Positions 13,705 through 27,226 of a stretch of DNA of 64,000 bases are shown piece after piece; positions within the stretch are counted from its first letter, which is position 1; each line of letters starts with the position of its first letter. Both the position numbers and the translations under genes were made by a program. The DNA lies in the NCBI GenBank assembly GCA_951406725.2, contig OX597823.1, positions 73,284,001 to 73,348,000 on the forward strand. The letters run 5' to 3'. The notes beneath the pieces are model-generated. The model was given only the letters and a program-made list of their open reading frames with translations. It did not search any database and was not told the DNA's origin. The DNA is from Octopus vulgaris. Lineage: Eukaryota.

Positions 13705-14755
13705 TTAAAGATGATGGCAGCCAGACCAATCTTACAACAAAATAAATTTAGCCTGAAGTGATAATGAAAGTTCGAAAACGCAGTTATGGTGCAAGAACAG
13801 TTTAGGAAGGAATTCCAAACAGACTCACATATGCGTCTTACCAATACTTCAATTAAAGATGACTTTCAAGCTGGTGAAACTATTGAGAATACTAAAAGCA
13901 TTTTCCAGAGTTCAAGAAAATCTACGCATCATGCGAGTCACAATATCGGAATGTGGAAATGCAAAGTCCATCGCATTTGAAGTGCTACCATTGGAAAAGT
14001 TACATTCCAAAGATAGCTCATGCGCTTAACAAAGATGATTTGTACCGAAGACTAGAGTTTTGCTTGTGGTATTTGCCACGATGTGTAGGAGATACGCTCT
14101 TTCCAACAAAGATATTTTGGAGAAGATACATTTTACTTTTATGCTTTGTCTAACCACCACAATTGCACTTACTGGGAACCTAAGAATCCGCATATTACGG
14201 AGGGACAAGGCGTTTATTTATCATGAGTTACAGTACAGAACAGTTTATCATTAAAAATATCAATTGGACTGTCCTTTTCGAACGCTACTGAGATGAGTCC
14301 CATTTGCTTGAGCCTACTACGACAATCTATCATGTCATGCTTTCAAGGGGACTTTGAAGAGATGAAGTTTTATTTCCAGTTAGGTGTAGTTTCCCCACAC
14401 TATCATAGTTATATAAGGGCCCACATTCATGAGATTTTACCTAGTCAGTGAATTGGGCGAACAGGTTCAGTGGAATACCATTCTGAGTTCACCTAACCTC
14501 ATACTACTTGACTTTGGTACGGAGATATTTAAACGATAAAGTTTATGATACAAAATCGACAACATTCGTCGAACTGAGGGCAGCCATTGAACAAGAATAC
14601 GCACAACTACCGAGCAAAATGTTTCTTGACATTTGCAGTTCCATTGCTTTATGTTATTAGCAGTGCCTGGGCCAGAAATATCTGAAATGTATTTTAATGA
14701 ACACTGACTATATAATCATGCAATATCTGCTTACCTTTTTAGGAGGACATCTTAT
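13705..14755 (+). mobile_element. Decayed Tc1/mariner transposase, DD41D (rosa/VS)-like
   Basis: Frameshifted peptides VHRILKCYHWKSYIPKIAHALNKDDLYRRLEFC, NHHNCTYWEPKNPH, FYFQ..SPHY and IGRTGSVEY, typical of this family. Confidence 0.75.
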
Positions 14756-14823
14756 ATATTTTTATACATGTGCATGCATACATACATACATACATATATG
14801 TATGTATTGATTGGAGATTTGTT

Positions 14824-15030
14824 ATATAAAAGATGGCGGTGGAAATAGCATGAACCCCAGACAGACGACAAACTGTTTTTACTTTCAATTTTTAAATTGA
14901 TAAGAAGAGATGATCATTGAAACCTGTAATGTTTTCTTTATATAAATTGTATATCATTTTATCTAATTACTTCTTAAATTGAGACGGCTTAGATTTTTGT
15001 TTGTGCTATTTCCACCTCCATTCTTTATAT
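14824..15030. mobile_element. Small TA-flanked MITE
   Basis: TIRs ATATAAAAGATGGCGGTGGAAATAGCATGAAC versus GTTTGTGCTATTTCCACCTCCATTCTTTATAT. Confidence 0.75.
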
Positions 15031-15033
15031 GCG

Positions 15034-15069
<36 letters not shown>

Positions 15070-15118
15070 TCACGTCCTCACGTTGTTGTGTTTTTTTTGT
15101 GCTTTCTTGTTTGGATTA

Positions 15119-15201
<83 letters not shown>

Positions 15202-15206
<5 letters not shown>

Positions 15207-15394
15207 CAAATATATATAGTATGCTGTTCCGTCAAGTTAAGATCAACAAAAATAGATGAATATTATTTAATAAACTCAGTATTAAGGTTCTTTTATGAGC
15301 TTCCAATAGTTTTGTGCGATGAAAATCTACTCAGACAGCATTTTCTAACACGTCTGGTGCCTTCAAGCTCTGCCTACAAGGCATAACAAATTAA
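15202..15394 (-). repeat. Right arm of the 193-bp inverted repeat
   Basis: Reverse complement of 13215-13407; continues into unique sequence to ~15870. Confidence 0.9.
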
Positions 15395-15876
15395 GATCGA
15401 GCTGGATGGCGAACAAAAGTGAGGAGTGGAGTGAAAGCGTTTGAAGAGGCCAAGATAACGCATGTAAAACTCAAAAGAAATAATGTTATGATCGAGAAGG
15501 TGAGTGACACTGATCTTTTTGGGTGCACAGTTTGTGACAGACCATGCCTTTCTTTTGCTGGGCTCAAATCTCATTTGCGAACCCATCGAAAATGAGCCTC
15601 CACCAACTATTCTGCTTATATATCTGTGCATACCTTTGAATGCAGTGTATGCCAGAAGGTTTGCAAATCTAATGGAGACCTCAAAAGTCATTTTAAAATC
15701 CTCAAAGATTAGAACTTATCTGCAGCTCTTGGTGGTCCAAATCGGATATGCAATCAATGTGGGTATCTTTTCAGAACATTGTCTGGTTCAAAAAGCCACA
15801 TTAAATGCCATGGTGGTTCTAAGGTGTAGGTAGAGAAGGTGGTCAAACTCTGCATAAGGAGTAGACGACTACCACG

Positions 15877-15927
<51 letters not shown>

Positions 15928-16339
15928 GGGAAAGAGAGAGAGAGGGCTGCTAAGAGAACCTCAGTACGGTTGAATTACGTAGATAACTGATAATATATTC
16001 GTAGATAAAATATTCTTAAAGAGGAGACAGAAACGCCCACTTTGCCTTTAATCAGACGTCTGTCTCTCTTTCTCTCTTTTGTATCTTCATAACATCACAG
16101 TAAACGTGAACCAGATTTCACCATGGGATTATTATCACAACCACTATACCTGCCTAATGAAATATTAAATAAATCTAGCTATAAATTATTAGTGTATTAA
16201 AAGCTTTTAGTTTCATAACTATAGAACACATATATAGCTTGATTAGCTAAGACTGCATATTACGATAAATGTAAGCAATACTTCTGTATACATAATATAG
16301 TGTTGGTCAGAAAAAGTGGAAATTATCTTTTCTTTTTAA

Positions 16340-17036
16340 TCTTTTTGCTTGTTTTAATCAGTTAACTGCGGCCATGATGGGGGTTATAGTCGAACATATC
16401 GACCTGTGGACTTTCTTTAAGCATAGTACATAGTACATAGTCTTTTTGCAGAAACCGCTAAGTTACGGGGACGTAAACGCATCAACATCGGTTGTCAAGT
16501 GGTGGTGAGAGAACAAACGCAGGCACAAAATCATACGCATATATACATATATATATATATACATATGTGGAGGCGTAATGGCCCCGTGGTTAGGGCAGGG
16601 GACTCGCGGTCGTAGGATCGCGGTTTCGAATAACAGGCCGGGCGTTGTGAGTGTTTATTGAGCGAAAACACCTAAAGCTCCACGAGGCTCCGGCAGGGGG
16701 TGGTGGTGATCCCTGCTGTACTCTTTCACCACTCTTTCTCCCACTCTTTCTTCTGTTGGCCTGCTCGCTTAGCTAGCGGGGTGGCGTCATTCGAAGGCTA
16801 AAACAATGCGAACGCATTGTGACCAGCGATGTGTAACAACATCTGATGGTTTGGTCGGTCACGTGATCACGTGATATATACATATATATATATATATTTC
16901 AGTTTCAGTTTCCATCTACGAAATCCGCACTCAAGGCTTTGGTCTGCCCAAGGCTATAGTAGCATATAGTAATGCAGTGGGACAGATCCCTTAACCATGT
17001 GATTGGGAGATAAACTTCTTATCACACACCCAAGCC
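16340..17036 (-). mobile_element. SINE family B (CORE-like), interrupted by a family C SINE
   Basis: Both halves match 26931-27400 on either side of 16567-16875. Confidence 0.75.
16567..16875 (+). mobile_element. tRNA-derived SINE family C (tRNA-Arg-like head)
   Basis: A-box TGGCCCCGTGG, anticodon-loop-like GACTCGCGGTC, B-box GGTTTCGAAT; ends in CACGTGAT x2. Confidence 0.85.
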
Positions 17037-17849
17037 AGTGAAATTCGTGATCAGGATTTCATTAGCAAGTTTCTACCCGCTTCAACTACCCGCTAACAGT
17101 ATATTTGTAAGCCTCTAACATTACAAGTTACAGAAAGTGTAGAGACCAATTATCTTATTCAACGCTTTTACCAAAGAGTGGATAATCTTTAGGACACAGC
17201 AATATTGAAATAACGATGTAATTTGCAACATTTTGGTGAATTTACTTGGTTTATGTAATAAATCAATTTTAGATGATTTAAATATTACTGATATATAATC
17301 AAAATCCATTTATGCATAAGGAATGCGATATCTACACAGCAGTGAAGCATACCAAAGTTTTAAGTCGTTTTCGTCACGCTTAAGTGAAGTTTGATTTTCT
17401 GCCACATCATATTGTATGAAATTTTCCAACAATTCGACGCACGTACATTATTTCTTATAACAGGAAGAGACTAAACACACATACACACGCAGACACAAAC
17501 AACAGAGTAGATTTCTATCTTATAGTATGGCTTTCCTGTATGGTTTTAATGTCATCTTGATTCAGATCGGCTATTTATAATTAGTTAAAATTGAAGGTGC
17601 AAGTAAATTAGCTTTGGCAAATTTCTAATCATAATTGCAAGCTAACGATCTGTCCATTAATTAAATAGTGTGATATGGTCTATACATTGCTTCCTTATTA
17701 TCTAATTTCCACAAGCTAAACTGAAGTAAATATTGCTTTCTGTTCAAAGCTATGTTATTTCACCTAGGGCAGTTATTGATATTCTACGTGGTCTTTATGC
17801 AGCTTTCTGCATTGTGTCTAGCTAATATGCACCCCTCAACGCAACGCAC

Positions 17850-18251
17850 ATCTTCATTACCCTAACAGATATTAAAACCATTCGGCTCTTCATTAAAAGT
17901 CCCTTTCAATATATATAAAACTTCGCCTCGTTCTTTATCAATTGCTGTCCTGATTAGTTCCAAGAAATCATTTTTTTCCTTGTTCCAACTTCCCCACAGC
18001 ATTGAAGATCAAAAACAAACGAGAATATTTCGACTGTGCTGAACTCAATTGCGTATATATTCCGCTTTTGATGACTTTCGCCAAAAGGCAATAAGTTAAT
18101 TACTATTATTATAATTAGCTGCATTCATTACTACATTTTCTATCTGCAATTCATTGTCCTCTTATCCAGTAATTTGACTGCAGTGACACCCTCAAGGTTT
18201 TTGTTAACTATATCAGCCCCTCCATTTTGCTTGCTACATATTTTATCGACC
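17850..18251 (-). pseudogene. Decayed coding-like sequence including an ankyrin-repeat-like segment
   Basis: Acceptor cttttcttacaaag, then VDKICSKQNGGADIVNKNLEGVTAVKLL (GADxNxKNxxGxT ankyrin pattern); downstream frames are broken by frameshifts. Confidence 0.3.
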
Positions 18252-18386
18252 TTTGTAAGAAAAGGAAAAAAAGTGGGTCGGAATGAAATCACACAAGTCA
18301 TTTTTGTTCGACGCACTAATTTTTCCGGATTACACCGTAATACACACGGGCACACACCCACATGCATACATACATGTGGGCGCACA

Positions 18387-18426
<40 letters not shown>

Positions 18427-18922
18427 ACACTCACACACACACACATACACACACTCACACACACACACACGCACACACACACATGCACATGTACACATGG
18501 AAAATCATTGTCATGAACGAGAGAGTACTCAATATAAGAGACCTGGATGTAATTTCTGAGTCCAGTAAGAGTGACATGTTGCTAATATCAGTTTTAAACA
18601 GCTGGATAAAAAACAGCAGGTGATCATCGGGAGTCCCGACCTGATCCGTGGATGAGAAAGAATGTCGCTTGACCAGCATAGAAAATATTTGTTACAAGAA
18701 AAATTGGAAAAAGAAATTTCCCATGACGATCGTAAAGGAAATAAACTATACTCGTTGCGTTGTCCATATCTTTATGTCTTGAGTTTTACGACTATCATCC
18801 GATCAGCCTGATGATAACCGAATATATTCTCTCAAACTGTTAAAAGTAAGCAGCAGCAACGATCTGACTGATATGTTCATAGTATTTTAATTGGGTGCCT
18901 GTGTGTGTGTGCACGCACGCAA

Positions 18923-19225
18923 GCGTGCATGGCTTACTGGTTAGGGTGTTGTACTCACGATTGCAAGATTGTGGTTTCAATTCCCAGACAGGCCGCTGCA
19001 TTGCTTTCCTCAGCAAAGCACTCCATTTCATGTTGCGTTGCAATCATTTCGTCATGTGACATGTATCATGTCGTGCACCTGTATATATAATGTCGATTTG
19101 ATGGCGGGAGTGAGCTTATGTGAACTCATATGTTTGATCACTATAAACAAATCATCTATGTGGTTATTCAGCAAGAAATTGCACAGGCCTCATACTTCAA
19201 CTAATGACTGGAGAGTCCACGATGT
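18923..19225 (+). mobile_element. tRNA-derived SINE, head related to 20012 with a different tail
   Basis: TGGCTTACTGGTTAGGGTG...GTGGTTTCAATTCC head. Confidence 0.7.
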
Positions 19226-19251
19226 GCGTATGTGTACACATGCATGAATAT

Positions 19252-19718
19252 AAAGTTAAATTAAGTTTATTTTTTGGCTCAAAAAGCAAAAACAAGGCCA
19301 TGTAGGGGGACATGGAGTTATGTACAGGGAGGGTGTTGATGCAAAGATTTCAGGCCAGTTCTGGTCAAGAGAGACTTTGAACCGAGCGGTCGTCGGCATC
19401 TTCACTATCTCGTCCGGCAGCTTATTCCACGGATCTGCAACCCGGACGGAGAAAGCCCCTCTCCTTCGATTGAGATGAAATCGTCGCAGATAGAGCTTTT
19501 CGGAGTGACCCCGCAGCCGACACTCAGGAACCGGAGTGAAGAACAGCCCTTTCTAGAGGTTACACTTTTCCGCTTATGATGTTGTGAGCGAGAATGAGAT
19601 CACCACGACGTCGTCGTTTTTCTAGAGAATAAAGGTCTAGCGTCTTCAGCCTTTCTTCATAAGACAAATGCTTGAGACCAAGAATCATGCAGGTAGCCAG
19701 CTTCTGGACTCTTTCGAA
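19252..19718 (-). mobile_element. CR1-type LINE 3' end
   Basis: ERVQKLAT..ILGLKHLSYEERLKTLDLYSLEKRRRRGDLI, LRGHSEKL and FSVRVADPWNKLP, the CR1 ORF2 C-terminus, plus a short 3' UTR. Confidence 0.92.
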
Positions 19719-19924
19719 TATATCTACATACACACATACACATATATACATTTACACACTTACATACATATATATGTATGTATGTATGTATAAATGTACA
19801 TATTTATATAAATATACATATACATGCATATGTGTATATACGACGAGTTTTTGTACTGTTTAAGTTTGCCACAGTTTTCTCGCCACGAGGATGTAGTACA
19901 CATATTCAATGTACAACACATATT

Positions 19925-20965
19925 CCATGGACTGCAGCCCCCTACTACAATAATGCCCTAAGCAATAGTGACTGTAAGGATAAATTTAAAACCCCTCTAA
20001 ATAATAATAACGTGGAGGCGCGTGGCTTAGTGCTTAGGGTGTCAGTATCATGATCGTAAGATTGTGGTTTCGATTCCTGGACCGGGCGACGCGTTGTGTT
20101 CTTGAGCAAAACACTTCATTTCCCCACTCAGCTGGCAAAAATGAGTATCGCTTCGATGGACTAGCGTCCCGTCCAGCTGGGGAACGCATACGCCATTGAA
20201 ACCGGAAAACCGGGCCCATGAGCCTGGCTAGGCTTTAGAAGGGCGCGTTTATTTTTATTTCTAATAATAACAACAGACCAAAAATAGGATCAGGAATACA
20301 ATTTGGTTACTCCGCCCCCACTTAATGTAAAAACTAACATAGGGAAAATATTCTGTCTCCCTTAGGCAAACATTTTCCAGAAAATCACAGCTACTGGAAA
20401 ATACTTAACAAGCGCTCAATGAAATTATTATATAGTTGATGCCTCAATATAAACAGCATGCGTACACTTGTACAACACCAAGAGTCCACACCCAGTTGTA
20501 ACTGTCGAGAAACTAGGAACCTATCCATTCGACCAGGGGTGTATGATTGAATCAGTCATATTTGAGGCAGAAGTTACGTCAACGCTAGATTATAACACAG
20601 CCGATAAGAAGATCTGTATCGGACTATGTGAGGACGAATTCAAAAATCGTTTTGCTAAACACATATCCTCCTTCCGTCACAGGGACAAAATACAAACTAC
20701 TAAGTTGGCTAGCTACGTATGCGCTTTGAAGTCGAATGCCACACCACATACGATAAAGTGGAAAATAGCCGAAAAATTCATACATTCCAACTTTTCTACC
20801 TACCTCCTTCTCGCGTTTTCTCGCTTTTTCTCTCATCTTATCATCCCAGTTTTAGTTTGTAATGCTAAGTGAGCAGCGCCTGAATATTGTGCTGAGACAT
20901 CAGGCGTGTTGAAAAGTAATGTTTGGACTACTCTCATCACATGAAACTAATAGTAGCACATCAAA
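19925..20965 (+). mobile_element. Penelope-like element 3' fragment: RT-thumb/linker, GIY-YIG endonuclease and pLTR start
   Basis: AAPYYNNALS, NVKTNIGKIF, KHFPENHSYWKILNK, and ORF 20468 with IGLCEDEFKNRFAKHISSFRH..TKLASYVCALK..IKWKI. Degenerate HHR at 20888-20960 (TGTG-CTGAGA...GAAA-CTAATAG-TA-GCACA). Split by the SINE at 20012-20261. Confidence 0.85.
20012..20261 (+). mobile_element. tRNA-derived SINE with V-domain-like tail, inserted into the PLE
   Basis: A/B boxes, CGATGGACTAGCGTCCCGTCCAG block, 10-bp TSD TAATAATAAC at 20002-20011 and 20262-20271. Confidence 0.85.
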
Positions 20966-21060
20966 ACATGTACTGTGCTTATTAAATAATATCTAACACT
21001 CACCAGATGGACAACCTTTTTTTGTTGAACTTATCACGGAACAGTACACTATATATATAT

Positions 21061-21101
<41 letters not shown>

Positions 21102-21155
21102 AGCATACACAGAAACACACACGCATATATATGCATACATAAAAATATATATATG

Positions 21156-21204
<49 letters not shown>

Positions 21205-21261
21205 CCTACTTAGAAATGGATGCGTCGCTTTCAATCATATAATAATATAAATAATGTGTAC

Positions 21262-21336
<75 letters not shown>

Positions 21337-21819
21337 TATATACATATATATATGTACATACTTACATATATATGTATATACACGTGCGTATATGGGCACG
21401 TGTCAGTGTGATATATAATATCTTATATTCCCTGCAAGAACTAATTAATATCCTGGTTTCCATATCCTATATACTTTTCACGTATCTTTCTCATACTGAA
21501 TTCAATCTCTTATTCACGTGATAATTTTCTGCCATTTCCTTCAATATTCATTTTGTTTTCTGCCATTTTCTTTCAGTTATAATGGAATAGCTTAGTCTTA
21601 AATATGCTTTAATCTCATGAAAATCAATCTGTGTTACGCTTAGACAAATATTCGATTAACACCAGGAATTGGACTTTGGTCGGTACCCGCTAAAATAAAT
21701 GCTTCAATTTACTCGAAAGAAGTGATTTCTCGCAAAGTTAAATCTTCAACTCCGTCTGCATCTTTCTATTTCTTCAGTACTTATTGCTTAAAGTGTAGCC
21801 CTTTGTGTGCAGTAAAGAA

Positions 21820-22865
21820 ATAAGAATCTTTAGGATGCTGGACGAAATGCTTATCGGTATTTCTCCTGTTGCTTAGTTCTAAGTTCAAATTTCGCCGAGG
21901 TTGACTTTGCCTTTCATCATTTCGGGTCGTTAAAATAAGTATCAGTTGAAGACTGGGGACGATGTAATCGACTCACACCCTCCTCTAAAATTACTGCCCT
22001 TGTGGTAAAATTTGAAGCCATTATTACTTGTTGCCTGATGCAGCGAGCTGACAGAATCGTGATCCCGCCAGTCAAAATACTTAGTAATATTTCTTCTGTC
22101 TTTACCTTCTGAATTCAAATTCCGTCGGGATTGACCTTACCTTTCCTACCCTTCAGGGTCGCAAAATATGTACCAGTTGAGCATTTGATTGACCAGCTCC
22201 CTCCCGCAAAATTTCTGGCCTTCTGTTTATATTTGAAAGGTTTCTTTTTTGTAACTCAGTCGTGGGAAGGGACTGTCCAATACCTATAAATTTATATGGC
22301 ATCTGAGTCAAGCAGAAGGAAGGGTGAAAGAAAGGTAGCTTCAAACCTGTGACCTGCTCTGAAGATTTTCAGTTATCTAAGTTAAAAGCCCCAGTAGACC
22401 AGGGTGAGGTATTAAGTTTACTAACAATGTAGGAAAATATTGAGATTTAAACTCAGAACATAATAAACCGGAACAAATACCACATTGCATCTAGTCCGAT
22501 TGTGTAACGATTCTACAAGTTCCCCACCTTAGACTGGTACATTATTTATCGACCCTGGAAGGATAAAATTAACACCTGTTTGGGGCATGATTTGTAATCA
22601 CAAAAAATTGAAGTGAATATTTACTGTACAGTGACTTATTTCCTCCCATGCTCTAACATCTCTGAAGAAAAGAGGCGTTCAGAGGACAGCTGGCAGCATT
22701 ACAGGGCAACGGGTTAAATCTTCCAGCGAAGATGGCCACAGTGAAATTTAAGCTCAGAACTCAGAGAATTGGAACAAATACAAGGCAACTCTGCGGATAC
22801 TCTAACAGTGAAGCAACCCTTAGATAATAAATTATTTATCGACTCCGGAGGGATAACATGAAATT
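21820..22865. mobile_element. Cluster of degenerate SINE family A copies
   Basis: Two + copies (21820-22025, 22038-22240) and several minus-strand fragments (TTTATCGACCC, GAACTCAGAAC-like). Confidence 0.65.
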
Positions 22866-25049
22866 AAGGAAAAATATTTTTAGACTATATTTTTCTCTGG
22901 AAATATGGGACTTAAGTACTTTAGTTCAGAAATGCCTACTGTATTTTGTGCTTTCAGTACTACAGGGGATTAAATATTGTAACATTAAGTAAAACTCCCC
23001 TAATGACACTATATTGTATCTATTAAAATAATACAGCGAAGAAATGACAATAATTTTTTTCTCTCTCACTCTTCATTACTTCACCATTATCATCTTGCAC
23101 TGCTTGGCGTAAATATATTTAGTAGCATTTTCGTTTGCATTGCTATATATGCTAATCTTAAACTTTCCTTTTACATTCTTTGTCAGCGGAAAGATTTTTC
23201 TATAGTCAAATAAAATTACAGATGTCATAACCATCCCCTACCTTGAGGGATACGCACATCTGTGCATTGAATGCATCAGATTTTTTTCTGTGGGTCTAAT
23301 GCTCAAGTTTAAAGTTAAGTATACCAGCTTTTTTATAGTCTATCTTTAGCATGTTTTCACATTTCCAACAGATATTACTTTTAGGGAAGATAAAACTCAT
23401 ATTAAATTCATGTTTATAAATTTCCTTTCAAAGAAAATATCTTACACTGTGGGCCTCTAGAACAGGGTTATCAGCTAAAAGCATTCTATACAATGATAAA
23501 ATTATAGGAAGCATTTTTTTTAAAATTCACTTCTTGCTATATTATGATGATTTTCGTGTACAAGAAACTTTCCGATGTCCTCACGGATATAGTTATGTAA
23601 GGCTCCAGAAATCTTTGAGCTTAAGTGATGATCACTCTGCTTATCTATGTTTCTTCTTTAAGTTAAGAACTTTTCTTTTGTGCAGCATATTTAATGTGTT
23701 GTAATTCAAGAAAATCAATTTTGTACGCAGACCTTTTTGCTGCAGGTAATGCAGTATGTGTAACTATTTTTCTGACCAGCTTTCTTCTTACGGGGCTTCG
23801 ACGAAATTTTTGCAGCGAAAATAACAGCAATTCATCCACGAAGATCCAAGTAATTCATTATCATGCATCTTTAATAAACTCGAAATTCCTTCTTTTCCTC
23901 GTCTGTCTTTTTATGGTAACCTTGATATCTAAATTCTCCTGCAAGTTGAAAGCATTCAACAACATTGTTACTATTGTATGTAGTGTTCTACAACACTTTC
24001 CATTCAGATTTTACACTTCTAAATCATGCTATGGAAAAGTTTTAAATAACATACTGGTACTGTCATTGCAAGACCGTATAGACTGTTTCTTACTTAACAC
24101 ACAAACATAACTCATTAGTTGGCAATTTATAATCTACTCTAAAGATCGACTTCTGTGCCTTAGTTTTATTTTATTCTTCTTCGAACCTGATGAAGCAAAT
24201 CTTTACTTGACTTTGAATTTTGTATTTTGTTCAGTTGACCTTTATGTTTTTTCAGCATGGTTGGCCATTGCAAAATTATAAATTCATTTGATTTAATTGC
24301 TGCAAGCTCATTAATTAATTTCGGACTATTTGCAGTTTAATGCTGAAAGAATTTTTATTGCAATGAGCTCACAAATAGAAAACAGTCAAGACAACTAACT
24401 TGACTCAAGAACTTCTTTCTTTGAAACTGGGTTACAATGGATTGGGCACTTTCAACAACACAATTTGAATGTATGTATGCCATTATTCAGTATTATTTCA
24501 AGATTTCTTGCCAATAGAGAAAGAGTGAGTTTCTAAACTAGATCCAAGGCTCCTTCATTTCAACATCAACAGAGTATTACGTATGCATGCATGTATGTAT
24601 GTATGTTTGTATGCCTGCATACATGTATGTATCTACAGAGTGCATCAGTTTTTAGACCATTTGTATGAATTTAGAAAAGACGCATTGCCCATCAGAGATA
24701 TAGCCACATTACCTATTAAAGATTATTACTCTCTTTTAGTCAGTGCCCATGAACTCATAACAGAGGAACTGTAGAGAGTGAGAGAGAGAGAGTGAGAAAG
24801 AGAAAGAGTCACTGCGGGCTTGCTACCCAGCTGATCTGCAGAGGAAGGATCTCCAGTTCGGTCGGCGGCTAACAAGACTAGTGGTTTAAATGACCGACCG
24901 TACTCACCCTCACTGTGTAGATGATTGAAGAGTAATAAAGATACTTCGACACACTCTTGTTTCTGATTATTTTTATATATAGCTTAACAAAGCTATAATA
25001 TTATCAATAACTGACTGCTCATATGGCATAATCCGTCTAGCTTATACAG

Positions 25050-25310
25050 GCTTTGCTTTATGTTTCTATGGTGAACATTTAGGGCAAGATACGATCCTTG
25101 GGATATTAAGCCGTCTTGAGTTTAGAAGCGATGTATTTAGCTGAAATGTTGATTTCGTCTGATGTAACATATGTTGTGTATTTTTTATTGAAAGTAATGG
25201 AAATGGGATTAGGAATAGGCTGTTCATATGTGCTTGTATTAACGTCAGTGATGTTACTTGCTTAATCTGCTTTGAATAAACCGCTAAGGACGAAACCTGA
25301 GGTGCGAGTC
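25050..25310 (-). mobile_element. Old Penelope-like RT N-terminal remnant
   Basis: LFKAD*ASNITDVNTSTYEQ and SDEINISAKYIASKLK parallel the peptide at 37892-38205. Confidence 0.45.
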
Positions 25311-25394
25311 ACATCATTATCCCTCACACACACACACGCACACATTCATATATGTATGCATTTATGTATGTATTTATGTATGTATGTATGAAGC

Positions 25395-25438
25395 TAGGTA
25401 GGTAGGTAGGTAGGTAGGTAGGTAGGTAGGTAGGTAGG
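25395..25438. repeat. (TAGG)n microsatellite
   Basis: Direct reading. Confidence 0.95.
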
Positions 25439-26619
25439 CAGATAGGTATGTGATTCAATATTTGATAAGGTTTGATATAGGTTTGGCAAGTGACAATGCA
25501 CTCATCTCTCGGCCGTTGAGTCCCTATACCATTTCTGCCGATTAATAATATATACATATATAGATATATGTATATGCATGTGTATGCATTATGTACATAT
25601 TGTGTGCATGTTGTAGCTTATAAGTATCGCCTTTCAGAAGGATAAAGTGATTTAGATTACTTAGATTATTATGTTGTTATTATTGTCTATCACTGAGTCC
25701 AAGTTTATCCAAGACAGAATATCATTAAATGCGTTCCAGGCATCATAATTCCATATTTTGTGGGTATGTTAAACTACATCGCTGGATATGTTTGTATGTT
25801 GTTTTTTTTTTACCTCATTTAAGATACAAGAGAACGGTATGAGGATGATTCGGTTGATATTTCTAGTAGATAAATGTACTACATAGAGGCTCCTTCGTTG
25901 GCTCGTAATTTTCTTTGGATGTTCATATATAATGTTTCAAGCTTCTATACGTCTGTGTTTTCAGTCATTTTATTAAATTTCTGTGATTATTACCGCTAGC
26001 GTCTTCATGGCGACAATATTACCGGAATTATATTCTATAGCGAATGAGAATTGAAATATTTCAGCTTTTCTGCAAGATCTAATTCGTGGTTTGATCTTAC
26101 TTTTATTTCGTATCATGTCTCTTTTCATGTTTTAGACATTTTGTATTTTTTTTTTATGTCAGCTACGGTCAAAATGACTTAATTCACTTGGTGGCGTATG
26201 AGTGTTTGTGTATACCGTTACACTGCATTTTTGTTCATCTAAATTAAGTTATCGCATTCATATTAATCTTTCATGTATTGACACAACGACTGAATTACGT
26301 CATTAACCAATTCGAAGACAGTCAGCAAAATATTTTGACATTTTATAGGTAATAAAAGTAACAAGAAAACAGGTTATGTCAGTATGGCATTAGCTAATAT
26401 AATAAGTTACCATTACGATAAACCTTTATTCACTTCTGTTTACTTTAATCTGGATGAAAGTTAAGAGTATGTATAATACATTGGCTTTGGCTGGAAGGTA
26501 TTTCCCCTCACATTAAAACATATTTTTATAAAATAATATTATTTTCATATTATTTTCCTTATATATGAAATAAAATATTTCTTTCTGCTATAGGCACAAG
26601 GCCTTATATTAATTGAAAT

Positions 26620-26835
26620 GTTGATTTCAACTTTTAGCACAAGGCCAGCAGTTTCGAGGCAGAGGGTAAGGCGATTACATCGACCCCAGTATTCAACTGG
26701 TACTTATTTTATCGACTCCAAAATGATGAGAGGCAAAGTCAGCCTCGGCGTAATTTGAACTCAGAACGTAAAACCGGGCTAAATACGCTATGCATTTTGC
26801 CCAGAGTCCTAACGATTGTATCAGCTCGCCGCCTT
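26620..26835 (-). mobile_element. SINE family A
   Basis: Ends CAGCTCGCCGCC; internal blocks are the reverse complement of 36310-36541. Confidence 0.8.
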
Positions 26836-26930
26836 TTTATATTAAATTAGATATCAAAACTAATATATTGAATGATAATAGACTATCTACACTTGCAGCA
26901 GTTGTGCAACACTGTATTTTAAACATAATA

Positions 26931-27162
26931 CTCTTTTACTCTTTTTTACTCTTTTTACTTGTTTCAGTCATTTGACAACGGCCATGCTGGAGCACCGCCT
27001 TTAATCGAGCAACTCGACCCCGGGACTTATTCTTTTGTAAGCCCAGTACTTATTCTATCGGTCTCTTTTGCCGAACCGCTAAGTAACGGGGACATAAACA
27101 CACCAGCATCGGTTGTCAAGCAATGCTAGGGGGACAAACACAGACACACAAACACACACACA

Positions 27163-27226
<64 letters not shown>

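Noticed and set aside
24187-24200. Isolated CTGATGA (also at ~40290)
   Set aside because: No stem II, GAAA or stem III partner nearby; the 40290 copy lies inside mariner sequence.
24660-24980. Possible solo LTR
   Set aside because: No clear TG..CA ends with TSD and no second copy in the window.
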